This document shows positions 25,270-36,582 of a DNA stretch of 64,000 nucleotides, piece after piece. Below the pieces are notes generated by a model. It made no database searches, was not told the origin of the DNA, and worked only from the letters and a program-made list of their open reading frames with translations. The stretch lies in NCBI GenBank assembly GCA_012862495.1, contig BLSG01000391.1:231760-295759 (forward strand), written 5' to 3'. Both the position numbers and the translations under genes were made by a program. The DNA is from Thraustochytrium aureum. Lineage: Eukaryota. Positions within the stretch are counted from its first letter, which is position 1, and each line of letters begins with the position of its first letter.

Positions 25270-27510
25270 TTGAGCGACCAACACGGCAAAGACGCCACCG
25301 CTGCCACGAGCGAACAGCAAGTCAACGACGCCGACGCGGCCAGGAGCGACCAACACGATAACGCCGGCAAGATGACCGACCAACAAGACAAAGACGCACT
25401 GGCCATCGAGGCAGCCGTGCGGGGACAAGAACGCATCAAAGGCGTCGCCAAAGTTTTGGACAAGCACTATGTGTCGTGGAAGCTGCCAGAAGTTGCCGCG
25501 AGTGGCCGCGACGCGCCAGCCGGGGACGACGAGGACGACGAGGGCGCTCAGGAGCTGGCGGGTGCCAAGAGAAAGGGTGGCAAGACGTCAAAAGCTGCCA
25601 AGAAGCGGCAGAAGCGCCTCGACCGCCTGAAGGAGCGCGGCTTCACAGACCGGCAGGCGTGGGAAAACCTGTGCAATTGGGCAGCACAAGGGCAGCCCTG
25701 CAAACGGCTCGTAGATGGGCGCGGCTGCAAATTCTCGCACGACGCCGCAGAGTACTTCAAGCACAAGCCGCCGATGCTCACTGGCCTGCGGTGCCTCCAA
25801 TTCGAGGAGTCCGGGTACTGCAGCGCAGGGATTCAATGCCGTGTCGGTGACGCCCACATCCGTCTGCAGCCGGTGCATGTCTCTGAATCTGCAGGGGATG
25901 CACCGGGCGACGCAAGCGCGACGGGTGCAAGTGCAGACAAAGAGGTGGACAGCGCGGACCAAGCCAACGCGGGTGCTGCCCCAATCCCGTCCAACGTCGA
26001 CAACCGGTCCGAGGCCGCGCGCGCCAGCTCGCCCGCGAGTTGGGAGTTTGACCGAATCGGCGAGAGCAACTACTTGCGCCTCGAGCAGCGCAAGAAGCTG
26101 CGGGGAAAGGTCTACTTTGAAAGCGCCCCAGATCGCGAGCTCCGGCAACTGCCAAAGCCTGACTTTGCTGGCAAGATTTACGTTGCGCCCCTGACGACGG
26201 TGGGGAATCTGCCGTTTCGCCGCATCGTCAAGGGGCTCGGGGCCGACATCACGTGCGGTGAGATGGCCCTTGCGAAAAATCTTGTGCAAGGCGACGCAAG
26301 CGAGTGGAGCTTGGTGCGCCGTCACAAGAGCGAGGACCTCTTCGGCGTCCAGCTTGCCGGGGGCGACCCCGCAACCATGGCCAGGGCCGTCCAGTTGCTA
26401 GAGCGCGAGTGCAGCGTCGATTTCGTTGACATCAACCTCGGCTGCCCCATCGATCTCATCTGTGACCAGGGAGCAGGGAGCGCCCTCCTACAACGCCCCA
26501 ACCGAATCGAAGCCATCGTCCGTGAAATTACGGACAAGACGCAGGGGCGTATGCCTATTGGGCTCAAGGTGCGCATGGGGTGGTCGAACAAAAAGCCCAC
26601 CACGCATAGCCTTGCCTGCGCTGTGCAATCTTGGAAGCACGGCTTCAAGTACGGCGGCGCAATCTCGTACCTCTCCATTCATGGGCGCTCCAGGACGCAG
26701 CGATACACCAACACCGCAGACTACGACTATATTCACAAGTGCAGCTCGCGCGTGGTGGCAGCGGAGCGATTTTTCCGAGACACCCATCCTGATGCCGTCC
26801 GACTCGCTCCGATTCCCGTGTTTGGAAATGGAGACGTGCTGAGCTATCTCGAGTGGGATGAGCACCTATCGCGCGTCGAGGAGTGGCGTACCCGACTGGG
26901 TGAGGTAGAGGAGGAGACGGAGATTGAGAACTCGCGCATGGCCGCGTTTCTAGGCAAGGGCGCTCCCGAGTCGCTGGACAAGTCGAGCCTGCGCGGCGAG
27001 TCGGACCTGTGCGATGACCTGGACGCCGTCCAAGCACGGCTATCGACTTGCATGGTTGGCCGTGGAGCCCTGATCAAGCCGTGGCTCTGTACGGAGATCA
27101 AGGAGCGACGGCACTGGGACATTAGCGGCTCGGAGCGATTTGATATTTTGCGCGACTTTTGCAACTTTGGCCTGGAGCACTGGGGCGCGGACGCTGTCGG
27201 CGTCGAGAAGACGCGCCGCTTCTTGCTCGAGTGGATGTCGTTCACCTGCCGCTACGTCCCGGTGGGGATCATGGACCCTTTGTACGTGCCGCAGCACATC
27301 AACGACCGCCCACCGCACTTTGTTGGCCGCGACGACCGTGAGACTATCCTCGGCTCGACCAGCGTGAAGGACTGGGTCCAGGTCGCAGAGATGCTTCTGG
27401 GGCCCGCGCCTCCGGACTTTCAGTTCCAACCCAAGCACAAGTCGAACTCGTACGCCGCTCGCGCGGACGACCTTCTTCGGACCGCTGGCAAGCTCCCCAC
27501 GGCTAATTAA
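25270..27510 (+). CDS. DUS3: tRNA-dihydrouridine(47) synthase DUS3-like (start uncertain; first in-frame ATG at 25372)
   Basis: Two CCCH zinc fingers, APLTTVGNLPFRRI, ADITCGEMA, DINLGCPID, IHGRSRTQRY, GNGD, MVGRGALIKPW and FQPKHKSNSY. Confidence 0.95.
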   Translation: MSDQHGKDATAATSEQQVNDADAARSDQHDNAGKMTDQQDKDALAIEAAVRGQERIKGVAKVLDKHYVSWKLPEVAASGRDAPAGDDEDDEGAQELAGAKRKGGKTSKAAKKRQKRLDRLKERGFTDRQAWENLCNWAAQGQPCKRLVDGRGCKFSHDAAEYFKHKPPMLTGLRCLQFEESGYCSAGIQCRVGDAHIRLQPVHVSESAGDAPGDASATGASADKEVDSADQANAGAAPIPSNVDNRSEAARASSPASWEFDRIGESNYLRLEQRKKLRGKVYFESAPDRELRQLPKPDFAGKIYVAPLTTVGNLPFRRIVKGLGADITCGEMALAKNLVQGDASEWSLVRRHKSEDLFGVQLAGGDPATMARAVQLLERECSVDFVDINLGCPIDLICDQGAGSALLQRPNRIEAIVREITDKTQGRMPIGLKVRMGWSNKKPTTHSLACAVQSWKHGFKYGGAISYLSIHGRSRTQRYTNTADYDYIHKCSSRVVAAERFFRDTHPDAVRLAPIPVFGNGDVLSYLEWDEHLSRVEEWRTRLGEVEEETEIENSRMAAFLGKGAPESLDKSSLRGESDLCDDLDAVQARLSTCMVGRGALIKPWLCTEIKERRHWDISGSERFDILRDFCNFGLEHWGADAVGVEKTRRFLLEWMSFTCRYVPVGIMDPLYVPQHINDRPPHFVGRDDRETILGSTSVKDWVQVAEMLLGPAPPDFQFQPKHKSNSYAARADDLLRTAGKLPTAN

Positions 27511-28247
27511 TTCTCACCTACTCACTGACATCCGCTCAGCTCTTCCGACCCATACAATGCACTGCTCGCGCCCGCGTGGCCGGCCGGCCAGCCAGCCACG
27601 AGCGAGCGAGCGAGCGATCGATCAATTGTCCTCTGGCTGGAAGCCATGCCCTGGGCTCCGGGAAGTTCGCAGCACGGATCTGCTGGTGGATGATCTTGCG
27701 GGCCTGGAGGGCCCCTGCAACCCCATGCGCAGAGGCCAGCTCGAGCAGAAAGCGCGTCGCTCTCCGCAAGGCATTGCAGTTCCTTTGTGGTTGTGGCCAC
27801 TCTGGCTCGCAAGAGAGACAGGGCTTGCAGGCGCCGTCTGGTTTTCTTCGTCTGTTTCGTCAAGAGGTTCCCGGGTAGATGTACGTAGATACTCACTATA
27901 CAAACCAACTTGAACATGACGATGGCGAAACCTTTGGTGCCCGTCTGCGCCGATTGCGGTTGCATGGGTTGCGCCCACAGCTCGCAAGTGAGTGCAATCG
28001 CGCATCGGCGGACACCAACCCAGGCAAAAAGCGGACGCTGGCCCTTGACTCTCAAGAAAGACGAGTTTCGAAGTCAACCGTTGACTGGCGCGCGCCCAGC
28101 AGTGCTGCCAAACGCTCGTGGACGCTCGTGGACGACCGTGCACGGCCGTTGCTCGGCAGCCCGCGCGTACGCAGCGTAGAGTACATCCAAGAGGGCCCCG
28201 TCCGGCAAGGCCAAGCCTGCGGCGCGCGCGCGTCAGGCTTGCGTGAA

Positions 28248-31200
28248 ATGCCCCTCTCGCAAGATCCCGACGCAAGCCAAGCAGGGACGGAGCTCGTGCT
28301 CGAGTTTCTGGCGGCTGGGGGCCCACTATGAGGCGCTGCGAGCTCTCGAGAAGAGCTCGGGCCGATCGAGCTTCGGCAACATGGGTGACGAGCTCAACTT
28401 TCTGCGCGATCTCGTTCTGGAAGGGGACTGGCAGCCCCTTGAGAGCACTCTCATGGTGTTTGAGGAAGACGCCAAGCTGTTCGACCTCTCGCGCGCACTC
28501 TTTCTCGTGCGCCGCCAGCGCCTTTTGGAGTTGCTAGAGCGCAAGTCGCCTGCTTGTCCTACTGTGCTTCGCAACGCGTTCGCCTCGCTCAGCGACCTCG
28601 GTGCCGCCTCTGCGAGCGAACTCGCACAGGTGCGCCATGCGCTGTCAAACATGAGCCCATCCGTGCAGTTCCCAAACTGGTCGAGCGCTGCAGGGCGCTA
28701 CGAGTGTGTCCGCGAACTGTTGGACGTCTGCGGGCTCTGGAATTTCGTCCCTCCCGACCTCGTTGGTGCCGCAAGGCAGGGTGCTTTCTACGCTCGTGTT
28801 CCGCGGTTGTTCAGCATATTGCGCCAATCTGAACAACTCCAGGGCCCTTTCGCAATAAACCAGCGTGCCGCAAGGCGAAGGCCGAGCTGCAGCTTGGGGC
28901 GGCGCGGGGCGACCAGGAGTCGCCTTGGCAGGAGCAAAGGGCAGGAGAAGGTTGGCCAGGAGCATCAAGCCTTGCAGGGGCTATCAAGGCTGAAACCCGA
29001 TCATCGCAGCAAGATGAGCAACAGTGGCCGACTCTGAGAGCTGCACGAGAGCGGACCAGTCTTTTCGAAAGCGCCTCGGAGAAGGTTTGGCTCGAGCCGT
29101 CTGGGAGTCCGACCGCACCGCTCTTTCCGCCACCTGCAGCTCGAGACGGGCCCTATTCTCGTAGCACCCTGCAAGCGAGTGCGCTTGCTGCGTTCACTGA
29201 GCGCGGCGCCCCGGTATCCCCGCAACGTCGCGCCCCGGTGGCATTCGACGTCTTGCTCAAACCGACTAGAAACGAGCGAGCGGGCAATGCTCTTGCGAGT
29301 CCGGTGCCCTCGAATGTCGACCGCGCCGCGAGCGGTATCGAACTAGATAGTTCAGCGCCCGCCGAAGAGCGTGCCTCGTCTCTACAGCTCCCCAGGAAGG
29401 CGCTCTCAAACCAAGCTGCGCTGGAAGCTCGCCTCGCGGCCTTGGCGAACCAGTTCGAGTTGATGCGCGGCCAGGCCCCCATTGCTGGAAGCGACTCGGA
29501 ATCCGGCAGAGATGCTCCCGGCGAGTCTGCGTTAAAGCAGCAGATCGAGTCGCTCTCCAGCGAGGTCCGTGGCTTGAAAGAGCAGCTGATTCGCGACAAG
29601 GCTGCCGCGACCGTGTTGTTCACGCCGCCGATGTTTAGCGAAACGTTCAACGCCGAAAGTGTTGCGGGAGACCAAGCCATGGCTCCAGGGCGTAGCATAG
29701 AGAGCCCCACAGCAGGCGCAATGCAGGCCAACGCACTTGCCGGAAATGGTTTGACACCGCAGCATTCAACTGCACGTGAGGACGAGGTGGCGAAAGCGGC
29801 AAAGCCTCACCGCGCCCAGACTGAAGATCGTGTGGCGGACCGTCGTCGTCGGGACGAGCAATCAGAAGACCGAGCTCAGCGCAACGAACCCGGGAGGCTG
29901 GGCGAGAGCAATCTGTCGGCTTGCGCGGCCGCGAGCGAGCTTCAATAGCGCCCCTCCAGGACGTCTCCAATGGCGGTCACAGCGAGGTCGGCCAGCAGGG
30001 ACAAGCAGAGCGAGAAAAATCGGCGTCAAAACCTCGCTCTACTCCTGACCCGACGAGCTTTGAGAATGCGCGCCACACTCCTGGTGAGAACGCTGCTTGG
30101 AGCTCGTCCCGGCCTCTATCGCGGAATCGTGAGACAAAGGAGGCGGAGTCTTCGCTAACCTTTGAAGCGCCAGAGTGGCCGCGGTCGTATAGCGAGCTTC
30201 GCCAACCCGCTCGAACTTGGTCGGTGTCTCAGTTTCACCCAGCCCTGTGTCTTTCAGAACAATCTCAGCCGGTACGCGCTGTAGCCTTTGACGAGGACGG
30301 CTCGTCCTTGGCGATCGGAAGCAATGCGCGAGCGATTTCGATCGCTAGGTACCCAGAGCAGGACCAGCTCGATGAGCTCGGCCTCAGGGCAGAATCCCTA
30401 GCACCACGGCCAAGCACGAGCGGAGTGTTTCGGTTTGCCTACGATCTCCACGAGGGCGAGTCCCTTCCGCCGCTGAGATTGCGGTCTGCAGAGCACACAC
30501 ACCCGAACGCTCACGTTGGTTCGGTTTATTGTCTGGACTGGTCTGGCTCGCTCGGAGGCGGCGGAGCGCTGCTGAGCTCAGGATCAAACGACAAGACTGT
30601 GCGCGTTTGGGGTACTGCAGCGCAGGGCGAGGGAGAGGGTGAGGGTGGCGCCAAGCTTGAGTTACGGGCCGAATTTCGCGACCATCAGAGTACTATCCGC
30701 GCCACTCGCTTTCTTGGCTCGCACGGCGGCGTTGCTCGCGGGGCTACTCCGCGGCTCGTGTCTGTCGGCGGAGGCGACAATGCCGTTCGCATATGGGATC
30801 TAAGCGCAGGCAAGCCCCTTGCGAGCCTCCGCGGGCATGCGAACGCGGTTTTTGGAGTGGACGTTCTTCGTGACGAAGGCGATGGCTCGACTGTGATTGC
30901 CACAAGCTCGACTGACGGAACAGTTCGCCTTTGGGACTTGCGTATGGCGACTGCAGGGTTGACGCTGACTCGCGCTGGCGCTCCTCAATGTGGTGCGCAC
31001 GCCGTCAGCTGCTCCCCGACGCAGAGCTCGCTTCTCGCATCAGGGTATGGTGACGGTGTTTGCGTTCTGTGGGACTGGAAAATGCACCGTCCCCTGTCGC
31101 AATTCTCGCACCACAGCGATGATGTCAGGACATTGAGTTTAGTCCTTGTGGGTCGTGGCTCTTGACGGGCTCATTCGATGGAACAGTTGGCTTGGTGGAC

Positions 31201-31368
31201 GTTGACCCGTTCGTCCGAGCGCCAGCCGGTACGTTTGCTGCACACAACGGCAAGGTCCTGCAGGTAAAGTGGCACCCACGCGAGCCCTCGTTTGTCTCCT
31301 CAGCTTCGGACGGCACAGTCAAGGCTTGGTCGATGGCCCAGCGGGACCCAAGCGAAGCGAATTGGTAG
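28248..31368 (+). CDS. WDR47: WD repeat protein 47 (LisH/CTLH + C-terminal WD40), 4 frameshifts
   Basis: ELVLEFL..[H]YEALRALEKSSG..ELNFLRDLVLEGDW is the LisH/CTLH region. LAIGSN, HVGSVYCLDW, SGSNDKT and HSDDVRTLS[F]SPCGSWLLTGSFDG are WDR47-type WD motifs. Frame switches occur at ~28322, ~28833-29037, <=29945 and ~31140. Confidence 0.85.
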
Positions 31369-31690
31369 AAACGGATCAGTCCACGGCGTGGCACCGCAAA
31401 AACCAAGGCGGCAGCGCAGGAATTCGGCTCGAAGCCGGTGTGCACGATTATGCTGTGATGATCGTGGGTAGGTCTTTTGCATAGTTGTGTGGATAAAGAC
31501 CGCTCTTATGACTCGGGCTCAAGTTGCAGGCGTCTTAGTTCCTGCCACAGCAGTCGCGGCAATGCGCCAACTTTGAGTCTGCTCGCAAGTCCGCGTTCCT
31601 TTTATCCGAATGCAAGTTTTTCAATTGAGCTCGTTCGCTGGCAAACCCCGATCGCCATCATTCGCAGGGGAGCCCGAATCGGGCGGATTC

Positions 31691-32769
31691 TTACTTGCGC
31701 TTGCCTGGGGTGCGCACCGGCCGCTTGTCCACGACAGAGTACCAAGCCACGCCAACAAAGCAAATGCAAATGCCCAGCTTGTTGACTGGCGTGAGCGCCT
31801 TGTTGAAGAGCACGCTCCCGGCGCCGATGATCGACAGCCGTCGCGCAATGTCTGCGATGGAGAATGCCAAAGCATCGACTCGCCCAGTGAAAACGAAATT
31901 TAGCGAGTACTCGAGGTGGTACGCCAGCGCGGCCGTTGCGACCACAACCTGGCTCCCGCGGTCGCTTGCAACGAGCAGCAGATTGCCAAGGCCGTCGGGT
32001 TCGGAAGCGAGCGTGTAGAGAGCTGGCAGCGCAAGCAGAACCGAGCAGGTGCTCACCATTATAAATTGCGCTTTCGTGCCGCTCACCTTGGTCGCCTGAA
32101 TCGCTCGCTTCGACTCCAGGTTGAGAAATGTCTGCAGCAACATGCTCGTCGTGGCTGCCACGAACCCCCAAGGTGTAAAGTCGAGATCTGACCAGGCGGC
32201 GAGGGCGACGCCGAGCACCGTTGGGACAATGGTGCAGTACACCAGCCAGTTGAACCACGTCCCGCGGATTGCAGCAATTAGCACAGTGGCCACAGGTATC
32301 GAGCTCTTGACCACGTAGGTTAGCGTGATGCCTGAAAGTTGCAACGAGACGCTGTTCATGTAGTTTGCACTCAGCAAGAGCATTGACGTCGTCAGGAACC
32401 GCGGCCACACTGTTCGCACGTCTTGCATACCCAGACGCGCGTCGCTTGTGTCTGCAGCGTTTGCAACAAGACCGAGCAGTGTCGAGCCAACAAACCGCAC
32501 AAGCGTCAGAGCGTATGCAGAGTTGAACGTCTACTTTGGGTATGGGATATCAGCGAACACCCTTGGAGCAGTTGCGGTGGTGCGCCAGGTCAACTCACCA
32601 GTAAAAACGCCGTGTTGGCGTAGGTGGAAAGGAGAGCCGACGTTGTAAACCAGCACAGCCCAACGATCAACGTGTCTCTCGCCCGCGCGGACTCTGACTC
32701 GCGCGCGCCGCGCACCTCACTCGGCTCGACGGCACTGCCCGGAGGGGCAGCCTTGCCGTTCCCGGCCAT
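31691..32769 (-). CDS. Triose-phosphate/nucleotide-sugar transporter family (DMT/SLC35E), 2 exons (32769-32599, 32530-31691)
   Basis: Multiple TM helices; TYVVKSSIPV, VDALAFSIADIARR and NKLGICICFVGVAWYS. Splicing the intron restores the frame. Confidence 0.88.
32531..32598 (-). other. 68-nt spliceosomal intron
   Basis: GTGAGT donor, GCTGAT branch-like site and TAG acceptor; joins AFLL|TFNSAY in phase. Confidence 0.85.
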
Positions 32770-32799
32770 CGCTCCCGACCTCTGCACCAGGCAAGCCTT

Positions 32800-33072
32800 C
32801 ACCAGCAGCACCAGCAGCACCAGCAGCACTAGCAGTACCAGCAGCAGCAGCAGCCCCAGCAGCAGCAGCAGCAGCAGCACCAGCAGCGGCGACTGGCAGG
32901 GCAGTCCAGCAAGTGCTGCAGTAACGCAAGAAAGAACGGCGGTCCTCAATCAACAACCAGAGCGCGAGCAGACAGGCAGGCTTGCTGAAGGGCTCGCTGG
33001 CGAACAGGCAAACAGGCAGGCAGGCAAACAGGCAGGCAGGCAGGCAACCAGGCAGGCAGGCAACCAGGCAGT
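32800..33072. repeat. (CAG/CAC)n followed by (CAGG)n microsatellites between the divergent TPT and TAM41 genes
   Basis: accagcagcaccagcagc... at 32800-32890; caggcaggcaaacaggcaggcagg... at 32970-33070. Confidence 0.85.
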
Positions 33073-33172
33073 TTACTTGCGCGGGTAGGTCGCGGTGCGC
33101 CGAGCGGGCTTTGCTCGGTCTCGCTCGTGTGGCTGCGGCGCGGCCGTGCCCACGCCGGACATCGAATCGGCG

Positions 33173-34153
33173 ATGAGTGACGTTCTTGAAAGCGTCGTCG
33201 AACGCCTGCCGCACGCAGGAGACGTGGCGGCTGTGTTTGCGTACGGGTCTGGCGTGTTCGAGCAGGTTGGACGCTCGGCACAAGCGGACACGCCACTTCT
33301 TGACTTTTTGGTGGTCGTGGACGACTCGCAGGCGTGGCACAAGCAAGGCTTGGAGGAACGACCACAAGACTACCCCACGTGGTCGCGGGTTGGCGGCGCA
33401 GCAGCGGTAGCGAGATTTCAGCGCTGGGGCGGCGGGCACGCGTGGTTTAACACTGACGCCATGGTAGACGTCGGCCAAGTTCCAAGCAGATCCGTGGCAG
33501 TCAAGTACGGGGTGATCGAGACCGCAGACCTTGTACGCGACCTCGTCGAATGGGACACGCTCTATGTCAGCGGGCGACTGCACAAGCCTGTGCGGTTCGT
33601 GACAGGCCCTCGGCGCGAAGGGCCTTTGCGCGCCGCTCTGCAGCGCAACCTGGTCAACGCCCTCCACACGGCCATGTTTTTGCTGCCGGGCAAGTTTGAC
33701 GAAATCGAGCTCTTTCGCACGATTGCTTCAATTTCTTACGCAGGTGACGTCCGCATGGCGCTCGCTGAGGACCCGCGCAAAGTTGACAACATCGTGCATG
33801 GCAGCCTCGCGCACTTCCGCACCCTTTACGAGCCTCTCCTCAGGGAAGACAACGCGCTGCTCGGCGCACGAGTTTCGCCGCGTGGCACTCAGAGCGCCAG
33901 CGCGTACGAACAAGACGACTCGCCGCAAGCGCGCCACACCCAGTTCCTTTCGTTGCCTGTGCGTGGGTCCTCGCGTGGCGCTTTCGACGGCACGCCGTTC
34001 GAGTACCAAGCGCGCCGAGAGCAAGTGAAGCGCGCACTCTCTGCTGTCGTCTCTCGGAGCTCCCGGGCGCAGTCAGCCAAAGGCCTCCTCACAGCCGGAC
34101 CAGCTCGAGCGTTCTGGTACGGACTCCGCAAGGTCCGCAAGCGATTTGCGTGA
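33173..34153 (+). CDS. TAM41: Mitochondrial phosphatidate cytidylyltransferase Tam41
   Basis: FAYGSGVFEQ, LLDFLVVV, VKYGVI, DLVEWDTLYVSGRLHKPV, ISYAGDVRM..EDPRKVDNIV and QSAKGLLTAG. Confidence 0.96.
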   Translation: MSDVLESVVERLPHAGDVAAVFAYGSGVFEQVGRSAQADTPLLDFLVVVDDSQAWHKQGLEERPQDYPTWSRVGGAAAVARFQRWGGGHAWFNTDAMVDVGQVPSRSVAVKYGVIETADLVRDLVEWDTLYVSGRLHKPVRFVTGPRREGPLRAALQRNLVNALHTAMFLLPGKFDEIELFRTIASISYAGDVRMALAEDPRKVDNIVHGSLAHFRTLYEPLLREDNALLGARVSPRGTQSASAYEQDDSPQARHTQFLSLPVRGSSRGAFDGTPFEYQARREQVKRALSAVVSRSSRAQSAKGLLTAGPARAFWYGLRKVRKRFA

Positions 34154-34605
34154 TGCTCGAACATCGTCGGCCTGTGTCCGATGGTCATAACGGCCAGGTT
34201 TTGGCGTGGGGCGNNNNNNNNNNNNNNNNNNNNNNNNNNNNNNNNNNNNNNNNNNNNNNNNNNNNNNNNNNNNNNNNNNNNNNNNNNNNNNNNNNNNNNN
34301 NNNNNNNNNNNNNNNNNNNNNNNNNNNNNNNNNNNNNNNNNNNNNNNNNNNNNNNNNNNNNNNNNNNNNNNNNNNNNNNNNNNNNNNNNNNNNNNNNNNN
34401 NNNNNNNNNNNNNNNNNNNNNNNNNNNNNNNNNNNNNNNNNNNNNNNNNNNNNNNNNNNNNNNNNNNNNNNNNNNAGCAGCGGCGAGCAGCGATGGCACG
34501 GCGAGGCCAATCCCCTTGGTGGCCCGCGCGACAGCCAGCTCGCCGGAGGAATTCCTTTCCCTCGCTGGCTCAGCGCTGTTTCGCCACTCGGGGCAAGCGT
34601 GGGCA

Positions 34606-35398
34606 ATGGACCCCTTGAACGATGAGCGCACCAACGTGATGACGGTAGGTACGAAGACGCTTGCAGAGGGCATCGGGGGCGTGTGGGAGCAAGGCGCACT
34701 AACTGAGATTCCCATTCTCGCTCTCGCCTATTGTATAGGAGCGCGTGGGCGTCTTTCACGAAAGCTGCGTCAAGGTGAACGCGCAGACTGCTGCGGTTAT
34801 CAAGCGCGAGACGAAGGCCTCGATGCACTATCTAAAGTGGTCCGAGAACTTTGCCAAGATGTCACAAGGCGAGCAAAACAAGTCGCTCAAGGCCACGCTC
34901 AAGTCTCTCGCTGACGCCCTCAACGAAGTCCAAGCCCACCGCGAGAGCTTCTTGGTCTCAAGAATCCAAAGCCTGCAGCAAAAGCTACGCGAGCTCGACG
35001 AAACGTGCAACGCTCCAACCGCTGTGCTCCTGAAGGACAGAAACACCTCGGTGCGAAGCTCGATCAAGTTCAAGGACCAGTTCGAGACGCTCGCGTCGAA
35101 GGCAACGAGCCAGCACAAGCTTGATAGGAAGCGGGCGCAGCTCGAGGACGAGGAAAAACGTGTCTACACCATCGACCGCGGCCTCCAGAAAAACCTCCTC
35201 AAGTACGAGGCGAAACGGATCAAGGAGTGCAAGGCCATGCTCTTAGACTTCATCAAGGGCCAGCTATTGTTTCATTGCCGGGCCGTGGAGAGCTTCTCGA
35301 GCGCGCTGAAAGTGGCTTCGCGTCTGGATGAGTCACAAGGGGTCGAGCAGCTTTGCAACGACCTTCACATTTCAGCCAAGCAGTTCGATCTGAATTGA
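34606..35398 (+). CDS. FAM92/CIBAR-like BAR-domain protein, 2 exons (34606-34644, 34739-35398)
   Basis: Helical BAR-like sequence; YEAKRIKECKAMLLDFIKGQLLFHCRAVE resembles the FAM92 C-terminal helix. Confidence 0.65.
34645..34738 (+). other. 94-nt spliceosomal intron
   Basis: GTAGGT donor, CACTAAC branch point, pyrimidine tract and TAG acceptor; phase-0 join VMT|ERVG. Confidence 0.85.
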
Positions 35399-35493
35399 GC
35401 ATTCGCCGCAAGTCAAGCTAAAGCTTCGAGACGAGACGAGACGAGACGACCCGATGGGGGCCGAGCATCCAGCTGCCTCTAGCTAGCGAATCC

Positions 35494-35523
35494 CGTGGAA
35501 TTTTTGCGTGGAATTTTTGCGTG
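35494..35523. repeat. 13-bp tandem repeat (cgtggaatttttg) x2.3 in a convergent intergenic region
   Basis: Read directly; a nearby (acgag)n run lies at ~35428-35450. Confidence 0.7.
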
Positions 35524-35665
35524 TTTCGAAGAGCGCGACGGTCGACGACGCGTCTGCAGCCTTGGCGCTCGCCCACCACGTCACCACGTCCAAAATGCCT
35601 AGGTGAGCACTAGAGCAAAGTAGCGGGCGCCCTGCCCACCGGCTTTTGCTGCGAGGGCAGCGGCC

Positions 35666-36145
35666 TCATGCGTTGTAGTAGACAAACAGTTCGTAGCTCA
35701 TCCACACTGCGCAACCTGCGATCCCAACCCAGTACGCCCTGCGCGCAACGTCCACAATGGTCCAAAAGTGCTCTACGAGCGCAAGGAAGATCGATCCGCC
35801 GGCGTACCCGCCGGACTTGCCCTTCGCGCCTTGCGGTGCGTCGATCCTCAAGTCCTCTCGCTTGTACTTTTCTTGCAGCTCGACCTCGGCCAAGCTGAGA
35901 ACGTTGGCTTTCTCGGGCCTCTCCCACGACCGCTCCCCGGTGTCGACGCTCTCGTAAAAGACCCGTCCCTGGCTGTTCTTGACCTCTTTCCAGAGTGCTT
36001 CGCCGCGGAAGGCGTCTTGTGGCGGGGCGCCGCTCAAGTGCCTCCGCGGCGTCCACCACTGCGCGACGCCGTGCGCGCCCGCAGCCCGCCAGAACAGCGG
36101 GGCGACGGTCGCGACGTTGAGTCGGCCGCAGCGCACCAGCATCAT
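35666..36145 (-). CDS. Small WW-domain protein with a presequence-like N-terminus and C-terminal TM helix
   Basis: WKEVKNSQGRVFYESVDTGERSWERP matches the WW consensus; the N-terminus is Arg-rich and acid-free; C-terminal YWVGIAGCAVWMSYELFVY is hydrophobic. Confidence 0.75.
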   Translation of the reverse strand: MMLVRCGRLNVATVAPLFWRAAGAHGVAQWWTPRRHLSGAPPQDAFRGEALWKEVKNSQGRVFYESVDTGERSWERPEKANVLSLAEVELQEKYKREDLRIDAPQGAKGKSGGYAGGSIFLALVEHFWTIVDVARRAYWVGIAGCAVWMSYELFVYYNA

Positions 36146-36582
36146 CGTCGCTCGCTTCGCGTGTCGTCCTGTCTGGTGGTCCGAGCAGAGTTCGTACTCC
36201 GCGCAGGTCTGCTCTGCCTGCGCTGCACCAAAAGCTGCTGGNNNNNNNNNNNNNNNNNNNNNNNNNNNNNNNNNNNNNNNNNNNNNNNNNNNNNNNNNNN
36301 NNNNNNNNNNNNNNNNNNNNNNNNNNNNNNNNNNNNGGGCGCTTTGGACGAACAAGAGGAACACGGGCGAGTGCCGAGGCAGGACAAGTTGCCGTTAAGG
36401 GCGCAGACGCCGCAGAGGCAGAACCAGCGCGCGCACGGCAGCCAGCCAGCCACCAGCGACGGAGCGAGCTGCTAGGGGCCAGCCGCCAAGAGCCGGCAGG
36501 GGCCGCGGGGCAGCCCTGCGCAGGCCAGCAAGGCCACGGGGCTCCGAGCACGTTGGGCGGCGCCGGCGCCGGACGCGGGAAA

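Noticed and set aside
27522..28240. ORFs between DUS3 and WDR47
   Set aside because: No recognisable motifs; overlapping chance ORFs in intergenic DNA.
826..34153. Phosphate/nucleotide metabolism gene cluster (apyrase, PPX1, TPT, TAM41)
   Set aside because: The genes are far apart, interspersed with unrelated genes, and act in different compartments.
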